Origin: the human T2T-CHM13v2.0 reference genome, Homo sapiens
NCBI RefSeq assembly: GCF_009914755.1
Contig: NC_060935.1
Reading direction: 5' to 3' (one strand)
Length of the DNA: 64,000 nucleotides
A program made the position numbers and the translations under genes. The notes under the pieces were generated by a model. The model saw only the letters and a list, made by a program, of their open reading frames with translations, made no database searches and was not told the DNA's origin. Positions 12,345 to 23,500 of this stretch are shown here, in pieces; the first letter of the stretch is position 1; every line of letters starts with the position of its first letter.

Positions 12345-12850
12345 TCAGTCACATGGATTATGGAAGACTGGGAAGCCAAACAGGGAACTGTGAGACAACC
12401 AAGAGCTCAACAGCAGCTGGAAATGACTTCTATTCCCAGGGCTCTCCAAAGTCCAGGAAAAGAAATGAGATATGGTTACCAAACCATAGAAGTCAGGGCA
12501 CTCTACTAAGGGCTGCCCATCATAGAGGTGGAGCCATGAAAGAGACAAGACCAACATTTCAAATGCAACCCCAGGCAGGGGTGATGGGTGGGAGTACAGG
12601 AGCATGGTAGAAGTGTAGGGATGGTGGTGGTGGTGATGGTAGGAATACCCTGGCCTTTCTTTTTTCCCTCCTATCAAAAATCCTACCAGTACTTCCCCTT
12701 CACTAAACCTGTCTGGAAGCCAGATAACAGCAGCCTAGGAAAAAGAGCCTACAGAGTCAACTCTTCCCCCAGCCTCCTACACACACCAATGAGAGACAGA
12801 GGAGAGCAGGGCAAAGGCAGATGGATATGTGGGAAAAACATCCAATGACC
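12345..12850 (-). mobile_element. ERVL LTR, LTR41/LTR33-like
   Basis: 'aataccctggcctttctttttt ccctcctatc...cctaccagtacttccccttcactaaacctgtctggaagccagata' is typical of reverse-strand LTR33/41. Confidence 0.6.
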
Positions 12851-12907
12851 TATTATACAAATGGTTCAGACAGTCAATATTTGAGAGAATAGTATATATA
12901 AAGTCAA

Positions 12908-13056
12908 ATAGTTCCCAAGCATGGTTACCTAAATCAGAATTGCTAGAGGCATTATTAAATACAACTTCTCAGGCTTCAATTTAAACCAATGAAGTCCTCA
13001 TTTTTTATAAGTACTCCTGGTGATTCTAGGATGCAGCTGAGTTTGGAGAATCACTA
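12908..13056. mobile_element. MER5A DNA transposon
   Basis: 'gttcccaagc...atcagaattgctagaggcattattaaatac...ctcctggtgattctaggatgcagctgagtttggagaatcact'. Confidence 0.65.
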
Positions 13057-13104
13057 AAACAAAGATCACATTATACCCATCAATCTGTCTGAGTACGGAT
13101 TAGG

Positions 13105-15463
13105 TGATATGGTTTGGCTGTGTCCCCACCCAAATCTCATCTCAAATTCTAATCTGAATTGTAATCCGCAAGTGTTGAGGGAGGGACCTGGTGGGAGGTG
13201 ACTAGGTCATGGGGGCAGTTTCCTCCATGCTGTTCTCCTGATAGGGAGTGAGTTCTTATGAAATCTGGTTGTTTGATAAGTCTCTGGTGCTTTCCCCTTC
13301 TCTCTCTACCTCCTGCTGCCTGGGAAGAAGGTGCTTGCTTCTCCTTTTCCTTCTGCCATGATTGTAAGTTTCCTGAGGCCTCCCTGTCAATGTGGAAATG
13401 TGAGTCAAATAAACTTCTTTTGTATATAAATTATCCAGTCTCAGGTAGTATCTTTATAGCAATGTGAAAATGGACTAATACAGGAATTGGTACCACGTGT
13501 TTGGAGCACTGCTGTTAATATAAAGATAACCTGAAAATGTGGAAGTGACTTTGTAACTGGGTAACTAGCATAGGTCATAAAAATTTGCAGGGCTCAGAAG
13601 AAGACAGAGGTATGTGGGAAAGTTTGTAACTTCTAGAGACTTGTTGAATGGTTTTGACCAAAATGCTGATAGAGATATGGACAATGAAGTCCATGCTGAG
13701 ATGGTCTCAGATGGACATGAGGAATTTATTGCAAACTGGAGCAAAAATCACTGCTACTATGCTTTACCAAAAAGACTGGTGGCATCTTGTCCCTGCCCTA
13801 GAGATCTGTGGAACTTCCAACTTGAGAGAGATCATTTAGGGCATATGGCAGAAGAAATTTCTAAACAACAAAGCATTCAAGATGTGACCTGGCATTTCCT
13901 GAAAGCATATAGTTATATATGCTCATAGAGAGATGGTTTGAAATTGGAACTTATGTTTAAAATGGAAGCAGGGCCTAAAGGTTTGGAAAATGTGCAGCCT
14001 GACCATGTGGTAAAAAAGAAAAACCCATTTTCTGGGGATAAATCAAAGGCTGCTACAGAAATTTGCATAAATCATGAGCTGAATGTTAATCACCAAGACA
14101 GTGGGGAAAATGTCACCAGTGCATTCCAAAGATCTACAGAGCAGCCTCTCCCATCACAGGCCTGGAGGCCTAGAAGGGAAAAATGGTTTTGTGGGTCAGG
14201 CCAAGGGCCTTGCTGCTCTATGCAGCCTTGGGACTTGGCACCCTGCATCCCAGCTGCTCCAGCTACAGCCATGCCTAAAAGGGGCCAAGATACAGCTTGG
14301 GCCATTGCTTTAGAGGGTACAGACCCCAAGCTTTGGCAGCGTCCATGTGATGCTGGGCCTGCAGGTGCACAGAAGACAAGAGTTAAGCTTTGGGAACCTC
14401 TGCCTAGATTTTAGAGGATGTATAAAAATGCCTGGATGTCCAGGCAGGGGCAGAGCCCTCATGGAGAACCTCTGCTAGGGCAGTGTGGAAGGGAAACATG
14501 GGGCGGAATCCCCTACACAGAGCCCCCACTGGGGCACTGCCTAGTGCAGCTGTGAGAAGAAGACCACCATCCTCCAGACCCCAGAAAGGTAGATTGTCTG
14601 ACAGCTTACACCATGCACATGGAAAAGTTTCAGGCACTCAACACCAGCCCATGAAAGCAGCCACAGGGGCTGTACCTTGCAGAGCCACAGGGGCAAAGCT
14701 GCCCAAGGCTGTGGGAGCCCACTCCTTGCATCAGCATGTCCTAGATATGAGACAAGGAGACAAAAAAGATTTTGGAGCTTTAAGATGTAATGACTGCCTG
14801 GCCTGGTTTCAGACTTGCTTGAGGCCTGCGGCTCCTCTGATTTTGCTTTCTCCCATTTGGAGTGGGTGTGTTTACCCCATGCCTGTACCCCCATTGTATC
14901 TGGGAAGTAACTAACTTGCTTTTGATTTTATAGGCTATAGGCAGAACAACTTGCCTTGCTTCAGATGGGACTTTGGACTTGGACTTTTGAGTTAACGCTG
15001 GAATGAGTTAAGACTTTGAAGGACTATTGGAAAGACATGATGGCATGACTGGTTTTGAAATGTGAAAAGGACATGAGATTCGGGAGGCCAGGGTAGAATG
15101 ATATGGTTTGGCTGTGTTCCCACCCTAATCTCATTTCAAATTGTAATCCATATGTTGAGGGTGGTACCTGGTGGGAGGTGACTGGATCATAGGGGTGGTT
15201 TCCCCCATGCTGGTCTCTTGATAGTGAGTGAGTTCTCATGAGATCTGGTTGTTTGATAAGTGTCTGGTGTTTTCTCCTTCTGTCTCTCTCCCCTGCTGCC
15301 TTGTGAAGAAGGTGCTTGCTTCTCCTTTGCCTTCTGCCATGATTGTAACTTTCCTGAGGCCTCCGCAGCCATGTGGAACTGTGAGTCAATTAAACTTCTT
15401 TTGTTTATAAATTATCCAGTCTCAGGTAGTATCTTTACAGCAGTGTGAAAATAGACTAATACA
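13105..15463 (+). mobile_element. Full-length THE1 (THE1C/D-like) MaLR provirus: 5' LTR 13105-13482, internal region 13483-15098, 3' LTR 15099-15463
   Basis: Two homologous LTRs 'tgatatggtttggctgtg...actaataca' around a 1.6 kb THE1 internal region; purine-rich tract 'gggaggccagggtagaa' before the 3' LTR; degenerate 5-bp TSD ttagg/tcaga. Confidence 0.95.
13614..14914 (+). pseudogene. Disrupted MaLR internal ORF
   Basis: ORFs 13614..13928, 13938..14414 and 14483..14914 carry typical THE1-int peptides (LLNGFDQNADRDMDNEV, CPRDLWNFQLERD, LENVQPDHVVKKKNPFSG), broken by stops and frameshifts. Confidence 0.8.
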
Positions 15464-17676
15464 TCAGATTATCAGAAAGTTAAATGGTTGGTAGTTTTCC
15501 TTTAATTCTCCAAAATAAGGCATCATATAATTATAATTTAATATATGATGCCCAATCTTTCTTCCTGTCCTGTCTAATACTTATTTTTTTCTTTTTTAAT
15601 TGAGGATTGTTATATAAACCTTCTAAGGAAAGCACTATGTACTATGCAGCTAAGTTTTATTTCTCCCAATTAACTGCTCTGCATTATCTTACTAGTTTTC
15701 AGGAACAATTTCATTATTCTTTCTCTTTTTGATTTAACTGTGAAGTTCAGTAGGAATTCTTAGTCTGGAATTTTTCACATAACTATTCTCTTTCATGTCT
15801 TCCTTTGTTCTTCTTGTTCTTTTACTCAGGTAGTAAGCTTACAGTTTTTTTTTTCTTTCAGTACCTTTTCTTTGTGGGAGTGTCCTCTTTCCTATCACAA
15901 CTGGTTCTGCATTAACCATTCAACTATAGTATCATGTTTACTATTTTCTAGGGGTTGGGCATGTGACTCAGGCTGAGCTGATTATTTCTCTACCCCTTAG
16001 GACAAAGCTTGATAGAGCAGATAGCTAAACTCAACCAATGAACCCAATTAAATGCCAAAATACAAAACAACAGCAAAAGCAGTAACAATAGAAGTTTCAA
16101 AAGCAAAAGACAAAGCAGACTGAAATAGAATGCTCTTGGCATTCTAAGTCTTCATTTTCTGGATAGGGACTTTCATGGTCCCAGCTTAGGTGAGCTGCAT
16201 AACTCTACAGGTATGTACTTTCCTATTATGTGCACCTGGTTTATCTGATAACTCTCAAATGTCTTCAAATATAGATGTCTTCAAATATAAAGCTTGCTTT
16301 AGTTTGAAAACTACACGTATAATTCTTGGCTCTGGATCCATAAATTTGCTGAGAGCAGGAATCTTAACTTTCCCCCCATTCTTGATTAAATCTTCATCCA
16401 TTCCAATATCATTAATAATTAATCTAGTTATCAAAACTTGTTTCTCTTGGGTGAATAGTCAGTAAGAAATTTGATATAAGCATTATTTCAATCATTTTTT
16501 AGAGTTCAAGATCCCTCCTTTCTGAAATTCCTTCCTCTGCACTCTTCTATCTTGAGTGTGTATACTCATGGGTCTCACTTCCCTCCTTCCTTATAGGTAG
16601 AGGGCCAGGGAGGAAGGAATGTCTGATAATGTGATGGGTAGTATGTATGGGAAAAGATCCTTCTACTCAATCTGGTTTGGTCTGATGGGTGTGATTTTAG
16701 CATAGTCATTTTTTTGCATGTTTCTTTTTGCAGCTTCAACTTGGCCTTTTCCATGACAGAAAAACAGAAGGTTAGCTGTGTCTCTATTTGGGCTCTGCCA
16801 GCAACGTATACTCTCAGTCTCTTCTCTGGGTTGTTTTCCTCTGGTTGGCTGAGTAGCCACTCGGGTAGTAGCATGGTTCTATGCCAATTCCCATGTAATA
16901 ATAGATTGTCAGCCTTCAGAAATTACCAGAGGGGAAGCAAGCCCCAGTTTTTATATTAAAGTCCATCCATCCATTGGGAAACATCTTTCTGATACAATTC
17001 TCTCATTCTCCAAAGAGATAGAGGGCAAGGGAGGACCAGGACTGATATTTCTGGCACCCTATGTGCTTTCTTCTCTAAACGTTGTTAGTCTCTTCTGTTT
17101 TTTATCTCACAGTATTAGCAAAAGCAATCTGTTTAGCCTCTAGAGAACACTGAGACCTAGTGAATATCTCCGATAACTAAGTGAGCCTCCTTAAACATTG
17201 TCATTTTGTTGGAATGTAATCACTTTTTTCTAAACAGTTTGCTGTCTCTGTACCACACGGTACATAAACAACAACATTTCTGCACTACAGGGTGTATATC
17301 TCTGGGAAGGGTGAAGGAGAGAGAATATGGAGCAAAAAATGATTCCACCCATGTTTTACACTTTTTTGTTGCATAACTTATAAATGGGCTCAATTTGTTT
17401 GCAAGTAGGCTGAGTATTAATTGATAACAAGTAGAAACAATAACAAGCATCAGTTAATGCTCTGACAAACTTTGTATTTGTTTATTTTTTCTTATATAGA
17501 TTATAAACTTAAATAGTATTTTAATGTTTAAAAGAAAAATAACTTATCAGTATATGTTTTTTACTTTAAATATACATGTCAAGTAACTTTGGCTTTATTA
17601 TGAGTTATATGTCTTTGTGAACTAACATGGGGACATAGGATCACGTATAATAGTACTTTATGGAAAAGTGTGTTAT

Positions 17677-17711
17677 TCTCTCTCTATATATATATATGTA
17701 TATATATATAT
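17677..17711. repeat. (CT)n(TA)n microsatellite
   Basis: Directly visible. Confidence 0.9.
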
Positions 17712-18749
17712 GAAATCAGTGGTATATGGGAAGGGGACTGACTCATAATATTATATCCTATATTTGGAATTCTTAATTATTTATCTTCTAAAAGGATCTC
17801 TTGGCACTTTTTTCCTTCTAAAATGCACTCTTTTGCAGGACATTTTCCAATCTTACAAGGTCATTTTAATTTTACGCCCATTTTAGATCCTCCATTGGAG
17901 AATTACTCTGCTTATTTATTTATTCACTCTGTACTCTGTTTCTAATTTGAAGCTGGGCCTATTTTTATAATGTGAATTTATTCTTTGGGACATAAAAAAT
18001 TTAGAGTTAAAATCTGGCATGTTAATCTCAGTGTAATTTTTTTTATTTGTCCATTAACAATAACAATGCTAGTAAAAATGATTAGTAGAAAAAGGCAGCC
18101 TTTGTGAGTTTTGATGTGGAGAATATTTGTGAAATCTATTCAATTGTATGAAACTCATTGGCTTATAACTGCTATTATAAATCACAGGGTCATGTGGTTA
18201 ATCTTCTGAGAGCTTCAATAAAAACGATCCAACTTTGCAGCCTCCTACAGCTTTCAATTTCTGTCATATCTGAGTCCTGCCTATAAACACAGGGTCAATA
18301 AACAGGTTAGAGATAAACAGGAGAGAAATTTTTGATTAAAAATGATATGAAATGCTGGGGAAAGGTAAGCTAAATCAGTAAGAAATAAAGATCTGAGCAC
18401 TGTGGGTGATTTAGAGATAGAACACCTATAGATTGGTATGTGGGGGCAGGGCCAATGATGTCCCCTTGAAATCCTGCATTGGATAGCTGTTGATTGATCT
18501 TTGTAACTCAGTCTCCACTTCTAATGAGCACATCAATAGGGTATACATTGACTTTCTAATGCATTGGTTTTATTAAAAAGGGAGCTATTTCCAGTTTAAT
18601 AAGTGGAGAGCTTCTGTAACAATTGCTACATTTCAATTCTAAGCAATACTTATAAAGGTCTTTTAGAAGTGCTTTCTCAAAACCATTATGTTTTTAGTTA
18701 ATTTTTTATGTGCTATAAATTTTAAAAATGTGTATATTGAAGATACACT

Positions 18750-18895
18750 TTAGTGAAAAGGGCTCTTGAATAGAAATTAAGAGCTCAGTGCTTTAGTTTT
18801 CTTTCTGCTTATTAATGCATTCTTTCAGTTTGGGCAAATCACTTACTCTGTGTGAACCTAAGTTCATCATATTTAAAGAGGGCATGCTAAACATA
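18750..18895 (+). mobile_element. MIR SINE
   Basis: 'tttgggcaaatcacttactctgtgtgaacctaagttcatcatatttaaagaggg' matches the MIR core. Confidence 0.7.
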
Positions 18896-19189
18896 TGCAT
18901 ATTCTTTCTTTTCCATCCAAATCATTTTGAAAGGATGGAAACTATATCTGTGTCTTTTCATATCCATATAATATGGACATATATTCATATCTGCTTGTCT
19001 TTCTATTCTTCTAGAATAAACCTATAAGGGGACCAGAAAGAAGGCAGGGTACCATTAAAAGACAGTAACATTTCAAGAAATTTTAGGAGGTATTATCCAG
19101 AGTTATTTGATTGATTAAGCAATCAGAGCACAGAAAACAGATATAGGCAGGAGTCAGGGTAAACTCTTAAAAATTATATCTTGAAGACA

Positions 19190-19600
19190 TATGCTATTTA
19201 ATAGAACAATGCCTGAGAGTACAAAAATTGTACTGGAAAATATTTAATAGATTAATGCTAACAAATAATAAGACACAGGAAGTAAAAGTAAGTCAATAAA
19301 GTAATTTTAAGACTAAAATATTAAATGGGGAAAAGTGATATTATATAGTAATAAAAGTTTCAATCTCCCAAGAAGTAAGGGTCATAAATATTTATGCAAT
19401 GGAAATATCATCATAGGAACATATAATGTCAATAAAACACAAAAAAGAACTGTCAAAACAGAAATCATAATGTTATATTTTAACAAACATTTTTCAGGAA
19501 TTCATAAGTTGGTTAGACAATAAAAGGTAGGAAATAAATATTGTGAAGATGACAGTTTATAAGCTTGAGCAGATAGATAATTTAATAAAATATATATGTT
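19190..19600 (+). mobile_element. Old L1M ORF2 (endonuclease region) fragment
   Basis: A-rich; 'ataaaagtttcaatctcccaagaagtaagggtcataaatatttatgca' resembles the IKGSIHQEDITILNIYA region. Confidence 0.55.
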
Positions 19601-19909
19601 TATTTTGCATTGTCCTCTCCCCTGTTCCTTGCAATTGCCCAAGTTCTTTTTTGACCCTTTTCTCAGAAAAAGTTTGTGCCAAAAAACTAAAAGTATAAGT
19701 TGCCAGAAAGGTATTTCCCTTTTTTGGATTTTTCTTTATTTGACTAAAGCCGGAATCATTAAAGAGAATATGATGAGTGCATAGACTACAAATAGAGAGA
19801 AAATTAGTGCCTTTAAGAAACAGTGATGTAGACAGAAGACACTATCTTAGATTGGGCAGATGATGGAGGTTTGGATATAGAAAGGAGAATAAGTATAACA
19901 AGCTCTTCT

Positions 19910-20530
19910 TATATTAAACTTCTTATTTATCATCTCTGGTTCTTGTCAATTTTTCCCATAGATTCACGTTATCATCTGGAGTCATTTTCTTAGACCAATA
20001 CAACTTTGCTCCCACTGTGACCTCCTGTTACTGGCAAATATATTTAATTTTTATTTGTTATAGGCCCAACAAAATATTATATGCATATCGCTTTATACAT
20101 CTGCTTTTTAAATGAGTTAAGAAAGGAAAAGAAAGGTTTATACTGTCTTTTATAACTGCACAATTACCTTTTTTGGTATTATTTTGAGTGTGTTTGTGAG
20201 TAGAAATCAGTCTGAGGTCACTAGCTTTCAGCCTGAAGATCATGCTTTAGCATTTACTGTAAGGTGGGTATGCTAGCAGAAGGTTTTCATTGCTTTTGTC
20301 TCCTTAAGAATGTAATTATTTTTCTCTCATTTTTAAAATACATGTATACTGGATATAGGAGATTGACAGTTTTTTCCTTAAGCACTTTAAATATCTTATC
20401 CTACTACCCTTTGATGCCATTTTTTTTTTTATCAGAATTCCACTGTTAATCTTTTTGGGATTCCTTTGTAAAAGATACATAATGCTTTGCTTGCTTAATT
20501 CAAGATTTCTTCTTGCCTTTGGCTTTTAGT
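19910..20530 (-). mobile_element. Old L1M (L1MC/L1MD-like) ORF1/inter-ORF region; left part of the host element
   Basis: 'ctttcagcctgaagatcatgctttagcatttactgtaaggtgggtatgctagcag...caagatttcttcttgcctttggcttttagt'; continues at 26541. Confidence 0.75.
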
Positions 20531-23500
20531 TTGTTTTCTTTTTAAATTTTATTTTATGTTCAGGGGTACAGGTTTGTTACATAGGTAAACTTGTGTCATG
20601 GGCGTTTGTTGTTCAGATTGTTTCAACACCCAGGTATTAAGCCTAGTACGCGTTAGTTATTTTTTTTTCCTCCCGTCCTCCACACTCTGATAGGCTGCAG
20701 TGTGTGTTGTTCCCCTCTATTTGTCCATGTGATTGCACCATTTAGCTACCACTTACAAGTGAGAACATATGATATTTGGCTTTCTGTTCCTGCAGTAGTT
20801 TGCTAAGGATGATGGCCTTCAGCTCCAACCACGTTACTGCAAAGGACATGATCTCATTCTTTGTTATGGCTGCATGGTATTTCATGGTGTATATGTACCA
20901 CATTTTTTTAATCCAGTCTATCATTGATGGGCATTTAGGTTGATTTCCATATTCTCAATACCAGTGTATAAGTGTTCCATTTTCTTGACAACCACAATGG
21001 CATCTGTTATTTTTTGACTTTTTAATAAAAGGCATTCTGATTGGTGGGAGATGGTATCCCATTGGGATTTTGATTTGCATTTTTCTAATGATCAGTAGGT
21101 TGAGATGTTTTTTAATATGATTATTGGCCATATGAATGTCTTCTTTTGAAACGTGTTTGTTCATGTCCTTTGCCCACATTTTAATGAAGTTGTTTTTATC
21201 TTGTAAATTTCTTTAAGTTCCTGATCAATGCTGGATATTAAACTTTTGTCAGATGCATAGATTGCAAAAATTTTCTCACATTCTGTAAGTTGTCTGTTGA
21301 CTCTCTTGATAGTTTCCTTTGCTGTTCAGAAGCTCTTTAGATTAATTGGATCCCATTTGTCAATTTTTGCATTTGTTACAATTGCTTTTGGTATCTTCAT
21401 CATGAAATCTTTGCTCATTCCTATGTCCTGAATGGTATTGCCTAGGTTGTCTTCCAGGGTTTTTATACTTTTGGGTTTCATATTTAAGTTTTTGATCCAT
21501 CTTGAGTTGATTTTTGTATATGGTGTAAGGAAGGAGTCCAGTTTCAATCTTCTGCATATGGGTATCCAGTTATCCTAACTGTGTAGTTTGAAGTCAGGTA
21601 GTGTAGTGTGATGCCCCCAGCTTTGTTCTTTTTGCATAGGATTACCTTGGCTATTCACGCTCTTTTTTGGTTCTTTATGAATTGTAAAGTTTTTTTTCTA
21701 GTTTTGTGAAGAATATCAATGATAGTTGAATAGAAATAGCACTATAAATAACTTTGGGCAGTATGGCACATTTTAACAATATTAGTTCTTCGTATCCATG
21801 AGCATGAAATGATTTTCCATTTGTTTGTGTTATCTCTGATTTCTTTGAGCAGTGTTTTGTAGTTCTCCTTGTAGAGATCTTTCACATCCCTGGTTAACTG
21901 TATTCTTAGTTGTTTTAATCTTTATGTAGTCATTGTAAATGGAATTGCATTTCTGCTTTGGCTCTCAGCTTGATGATCATTGGCATATAAGAATGCTAGT
22001 GACTTTTTTAAATGTTGATTTTGTATCTTGAAACTTTGCCAAAGTTGTTTATCAGCTTAAGGAGCTTTTGGGCTGAGACTATGGAGTTTTCTAGATATAG
22101 GATTATGTCATATGCAAACAGGGATAGTTTGATTTCTTTCTTCCTAATTGTATACACTTTCTTTCTTTCTCTTGCCTGCTTGCCCTGGCCAGGACTTTCC
22201 ATACTGTATTGAATAGGAGCAGTGAGAGAGGGCATCTTTGTCTTGTGCCAGTTTTCAGGGTCAATGCTTTCAGCTTTAGCCCATTCAGTATGATATTGGC
22301 TGAGGGCTTATCATAGATGACTCTTATTATTTTGAGGTGTTTTCTTTCAATACCCATTTTATTGAGAGTTCTTAACATGAAGCAGTGTTTTCATTGAAAG
22401 GCTTTTCTGCATCTATTGAAATAATCAGGTGGTTTTGTCTTTAGTTCTGTTTCAGTAATGACTCAATTTATTGATTTGAGTATGTTGAACTAACCCTGCA
22501 GCCCACGGATGATAAGCCCATTTGTTCATTGTAGATAAGCTTTTTGATGTGCTGTCGGATTTGATTTGCCAGTATCTTGTTGAGGATTTTTGCACTGATG
22601 TTCATCAAGAATATTGGCCTGAAGTATTTTTTTGTTGTTGTTGTGTCTCTGCCAGGTTTTGATATCAGGATGATGCTGGCCTCATAGAATGAGTTAGGGA
22701 TGACTCCCTCTTCCTCATTTTTTTTGGAATTGTTTCAGCAGCAAGGGTACCAGCTTTTCTTTGTATATCTGGTAGAATTCAGCTATTAATCTGTCTGATC
22801 CTAGCCTTTTTTTGGTTGATAGGCTATTTATTACCACCTCAATTTCAGAACTCATTATTGGTCTGTTCAGGGATTTAGTTTCTTCCTGGTTTAGTCTTGG
22901 GAGGGTGTATGTGTCCAGGAATTTATCCTTTTTTCCCCCAGATTTTCTATTTTATGTGCATAGAAATGATTATAATATTTCCTGATGGTTATTTGTATTT
23001 ATATGAGGTCAGTGGTAATATCCCTCTTGTCATTTCTGATTGCTTTTATTTGAATCTTCTCTCTTTTCTTCTTTATTAGTCTAGATAGCTATTTTATCAA
23101 TTGTTTCTTAAAAGAACAACTTCTGGATTTACTGATTTTTTTAATGGTTTTCCATATCTCAATCTGTTTCAGTTCAGCTTTGATTTTGGTTATTTTTTGT
23201 CTTCTGCTAGCTTTGGGGTTGGTTTGCTCTTGGTTCTCTAGTTCTTTCGGTTGTGATGTTGGCTTGTTAACTTGAGATATTTCTAGCTTTTTGATGTGGG
23301 CATTTTAGTACTACAAAACTGCCTCTTAACACTGCCTTAGCTGTGTCGCAGAGATTCTGGTATGTTCTATCTTTGTTCTCATTAGTTTCAAGGAACTTCT
23401 TGGTTTTTACCTTAATTTATTTATTTACCAAAAAGTCATTCAGGAGCAGGTTATTGAATTTTCAATTAATTGTATGATTTTAAGTATATTTTTAAGTCTT

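Noticed and set aside
12345-12677. ORF with a His6 run suggesting a tag or vector
   Set aside because: It comes from a short (GGT)n repeat in an old LTR; there is no vector context.
15900-16320. Possible LTR33/LTR16-like fragment ('gggcatgtgactcaggctg')
   Set aside because: Too diverged to assign a family or boundaries by eye.
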